DNA from: Mobula hypostoma
Taxonomy: Eukaryota
Length of the DNA stretch: 64,000 nucleotides
Direction of reading: 5' to 3'
NCBI RefSeq assembly: GCF_963921235.1
Contig: NC_086107.1
Span: 92,754,001-92,818,000, forward strand
Position 1 is the stretch's first letter. The number at the start of each line of letters is the position of its first letter. The notes under the pieces were generated by a model. That model was not told the origin of the DNA. It saw only the letters and a program-made list of their open reading frames with translations, and ran no database searches. Shown here piece by piece: positions 60,149 to 64,000 of the stretch. The position numbers were made by a program, and so were the translations under genes.

Positions 60149-60793
60149 GAAGGAGGGAGGAGAAGATGGTGGCGCGACACAACACGTGCAGCCGTTCCGA
60201 ATTGATATCGTATCTGTGAAGTAGGATGCCATGCACAATCCTGATTTGATAGAGACAGACGTGAAGAGGCATGGAGGAATATCTGGAGTAACTTCTGAAA
60301 TGCCCGCTTCGCTGCCGCTGCTACTGCGCGATCGAGAATCTCCGGAGGAAAGGCCCCAAATCCTCGGCCTTGCATATCGCCTGTTGCTGGGGCCGGGGTC
60401 GAAACGCTCGGCAGAGATGGTGCTCGGTGCATCGGTGTCGGGGAGCTGGTCGGAGGCTCGGAGTTTTCGGACGGATTCGGAGTCGGACTGTGGTCGGATG
60501 CTTCCGGGATGCTGCATCGGCAAGTTTGCGGCGCTGGAGGTTCACCGTCTGCGTGAGATGATGGGACTTTCGAGAGACTTTGTGACTTTACCGTGCCCAT
60601 GGTCTGTTCTTATCAAATTACGGTATTGCTTTGCACTGTTGTAACTACACGTTATAATTATGTGGGCTTTGTCAATTTTTCAGTCTTGGTTTGTCATGTG
60701 TCTCTGTGATATCATTCTGGAAAAACATTGTATCATTTCTTAATGCATGCATTACTAAATGACAATGAAAGAGGACTGCGTGTCCTCACAATC
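60149..60793 (+). mobile_element. ~645-bp non-coding non-autonomous retroposon
   Basis: TSD TAATG (60144-60148 and 60794-60798); colinear with 29943-30562; CpG-rich, no credible ORF. Confidence 0.85.
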
Positions 60794-61007
60794 TAATGTT
60801 TTGTAACCCCATAAACTAGTCAAAAGAAAAATGCTGGAGCTCGGGATAAACTTTGCTTTTTACTTTAAGTAAGGCATAAAAATATGAATAATAATGTAAT
60901 GACTCGTGCCATTCACATACCTTTTTCATATAACCTGTGTAAATAAACAAAGGATGCTTAATCAGACAATATATTTACAATATTACTGACATATTAAGCA
61001 CACAACA
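60794..61007 (-). repeat. Solo LTR related to the LTRs of the Gypsy at 54096-58755 (edge bases at 60142-60148)
   Basis: Shares ATGTTTTGTAAC, GCCATTCACATAC, AAACAAAG.ATGCTTA and CACAACA with both LTRs. Confidence 0.82.
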
Positions 61008-61046
61008 GGGACAGCTCAAGTCATTATGTTCAGAAAAACTGGCCGG

Positions 61047-61378
61047 CTAAATATCTTTCAAAGGAGATTGTTTAAACTTAAGAGACAGAAGGAAGAAGAT
61101 CTGAGAGCTCAAGCAGATTACAAAAACAAAACATTTTTGTGATATACTGCGGTCCCAGGGCATTAGAGCTTTAAATACAAGTAAGAGAACTTTAAAATCA
61201 ATTCTAAAAGATCCTGGAAGCCAATGTAGAGTAGCGAGGATGGAAGTGATCTGTTCCCTCATCCTGGTTTTGGTTAAAAGTGTAGCAGTGGTATTCTGAA
61301 CGAGTTGAAGTTTGTCAATAGATTGCTTTGGAAGGCCAGTAAAAAGTGCATTGCAGTAATCTAGTCTAATGACAATTG
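61047..61378 (-). mobile_element. L2 LINE ORF2 C-terminal fragment
   Basis: RLDYCNALFTGLP...LQLVQN...LHWLP...RIDFKVLLLVFKAL is the characteristic L2 C-terminus. Confidence 0.92.
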
Positions 61379-64000
61379 GAATCAGAATCAGATTGTTTAA
61401 TATCACTGGCATATGTCATGAAATTTGTTAACTTAATGGCAGCAGTGCAATGCAATATTTGATAAAATCAAAAACAAAAATTACAGTACATATATATTAA
61501 GGAGGTTCACGAAAATGATTCCAGGTCTGAATGGCTTGTCATATGAAGAGCATTTGATGGCTCTGGGCCTGTATTCACTAGAATTCAGTAGAATGAGACC
61601 CATTGAATGGTGAAACACCTTGATAGAGTGGATGTGGAGAGGATGTTTCCTGTGTTGGGAGAGTCTAAGACCAGAGGACACAACCTCAGAATAGGGGGCG
61701 TCCTTTTAGATCAGAGATTAAGAGGAATTTCTTTAGCCAGAGAGTGGTGAATCTGTGGAATTCTTTGCCACAGAGCCAAGCCTTTATGTATATTTAAGGC
61801 AGAAGTCAATAGATTCTTGATTAGTCAGGGTATGAAGGGATACAGGGAGAAGGCAGGAAACTAGGCCTCAGAGGAAAATTGGATCAGTCATGGTGAAATG
61901 GCAGAGCAGACTCAACGGGCCAAATGGACTAATTCTGCTCTTATATCCTGTGGTTTTGTGGTCCTATATTAAATACTTAAATTAAAAATAGTTCAAAAAA
62001 AACAGAAACCATATTAAAAAGTGAGGTGGTGTTCATGGGTTCAATGTCCATTTAGGAGTCGAATTGCAGAGGGGAAGAAGCTGTTCCTGAATCACTGAGT
62101 GTCCCGGGTGGTTGGGACCCTTAATAATGGACGCCGCCTTTTTGAGGCACTGCTCCTTGAAGATGTCTTGGATACTACAGAGGCTAGTACCCAACATGGA
62201 GCTGACTAATTTTACAACTTTCTGTAGCCTCTTTCAATCCTGTGCAGTAGCCCTCCCCCCTATACCAGACCATGATGCCGTCTGTCAGAATGCTCTCCAC
62301 AATACATATGCAGAAGTTTTTGAGTGTTTTAGATGACAAACCAAATCTCTCCAAACTCCTAATGAAATATAGCTGCTGTCGTGCCTTCTTTATAGTTGCA
62401 CCAATATGTTGGGATCGGGTTAGGTCCTCAGAGATCTTGACACCCAGGAGCTTGAAATTGCTCACTCTCTCCACTTCTGATCCCTCTGTGAGGACTGGTG
62501 TGTGTTCCCTCGTCTTACCCTCCTGGTCCATAATCAGCTCTTTGGTCTTCCTGACATTCAGTGCAACACCGCTCAACTAACTCGTATATTTCACTCCTGC
62601 ACGCCCTCTCATCTCCATTTGAGGTTCTGCCAACAATCGTTGTATCATCAGCAAATTTATAGATGGTATTTGAGCTATACCTATCCACTCAGTCATCAGT
62701 ATAGAGAGAATAGAGCAGGCTGCTAAATACACATCACTGAAGGGCACCAGTGTTGACTGTCAGTAAGGAAGAGATATTATTATCAGTCCACACAGATTGT
62801 GGTCTTCTGGTCAGGAAGTCAAGGATCCAATTACAGATGGAGGTACAGAGGCCCAGGTTCTGTAGAGTATTGATGAGGACTGTAGGAATGAAGGTGTTAA
62901 ACGCTGAGCTATAGTCAACAAACAGCATCCTGACATAGGTGTTTGTATTGTGCAGGTGATTTAAAGCCATGTGAATAGCCATTGAGATTGCATCTGCCAT
63001 AGCCCTATTGTAGGAATAGGCAAACTGCAGTGGGTCCAGGTCCTTGCTGAGGCAGCAGCCATGACCAACCTGCCAAAGCATTTCAACACCGTAGATGTGA
63101 GTGCTACTGGACGATAGGCATTAAGGCAGCTCTCATTATTCTTCCTAGGCACTGGTGTGATTGTTGCTTTTTTGAAGCAGGTGGGAACTTCTGACAGTAG
63201 CAGTAGCAATGAAATTGTTCTTGAATACTCCTGTCAGTTGGTTGGCACAAGTTTTCAGAGCCTTTTCAGGTACTCCATCGGGGCCTGCCACCTTGTAGAG
63301 TGTTCGCCCTCCTGAAAGACAGCCTGACATTGGCCTCCAATACAGAAATCACAGTGTCACTGAGTACAGCAGGGATCCTCACAACTGTTGTTATATTCTG
63401 TCTTTCAAAGCTGGCATAGAAGGCGTTGAGCTCATCTGATAGTGAAGCATCGCTGCCATTCATGCTATTGGGTTTCACTTCGTAGGAAGCATTGTCCTTC
63501 AAACCCCGCCAGAGTTGACGTGCACCTGATGTTGCCTCTAACCTCGTTTGGAATTGTTCCTTCACTCTTGAAATAGCCCTCTGCAAATCACTCTGCTTTA
63601 CTTGCATGGATCTGGGTCACCAGACTTAAATACCACAGACCTAGGCCTCAGCAGATGACGAACCTACTGGTTCATCTGCAGCCTTTGCTTTGGGAATGTA
63701 CAGCGAGTTTTCATAGACACACACTCACCCACGCAGGTTTTAATGAAGTCAGTAACAACTGCAACATACTCATCCAGATTTGAAGGTGAATCCCTGGATA
63801 CAGTCCAGTCCACAGATTCAAAGCAGTTCTGTGCTTCCCTTGTCTACACCTTCTTGGTCTTCACTACTAGTGCTACAGTCTTCAGTCTCTGCCTATGCTC
63901 AGGGAGTAGAAGTACAGCCAGGTGATCAGACTTATCAAAGTGTGGGCATGGAATAGCTCGGTGGGCATTCTTGATGCTGGTGTAACAGAGTTCCAATGTG
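61379..64000 (-). mobile_element. Rex1/Babar LINE, >2 kb, runs off the window end; interrupted by CR1 at 61501-61964
   Basis: [16 protein letters not shown]...[16 protein letters not shown]...[33 protein letters not shown]; frameshifted; (GATTCT)n tail at ~61380. Confidence 0.93.
61501..61964 (+). mobile_element. CR1 LINE 3' fragment
   Basis: RRFTKMIPGL remnant; 8-bp TSD TATATTAA (61493-61500 and 61965-61972). Confidence 0.92.

Noticed and set aside
60046..60644. Overlapping 136-184 aa ORFs
   Set aside because: GC-rich retroposon body; the frames are not preserved in the second copy at 29943-30562.

Overview
This is eukaryotic, repeat-saturated vertebrate DNA with no identifiable intact host protein-coding gene; it reads as a large intron or gene desert. 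The repeat repertoire suggests a cartilaginous fish, probably a batoid (inference, not a database result). It contains many 5'-truncated CR1 and Rex1/Babar LINEs, one L2 fragment, V-domain and other tRNA-derived SINEs, RTE-derived short elements and Penelope-like elements carrying minimal hammerhead ribozymes. There are also Tc1/mariner fragments and MITEs, a non-autonomous Harbinger, and a decayed Gypsy LTR retrotransposon (54096-58755) with a nested 1.2-kb solo LTR. Almost all ORFs in the track are TE remnants, antisense or shifted frames, or low-complexity artefacts. The most notable structures are three: (1) a composite transposon in which two ~68-bp Tc1-type mini-MITEs bracket a ~410-bp cargo and moved as a unit (two full copies in different hosts plus a chimeric third); (2) a Penelope mini-element forming a perfect 68-bp hairpin whose inversion point coincides with the predicted hammerhead cleavage site; (3) several TE-free islands rich in homeodomain/TCF/Oct/AP-1 motifs (candidate conserved non-coding elements), one with a possible minus-strand first coding exon. 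Boundaries without a stated TSD are approximate, and all family calls are by eye.
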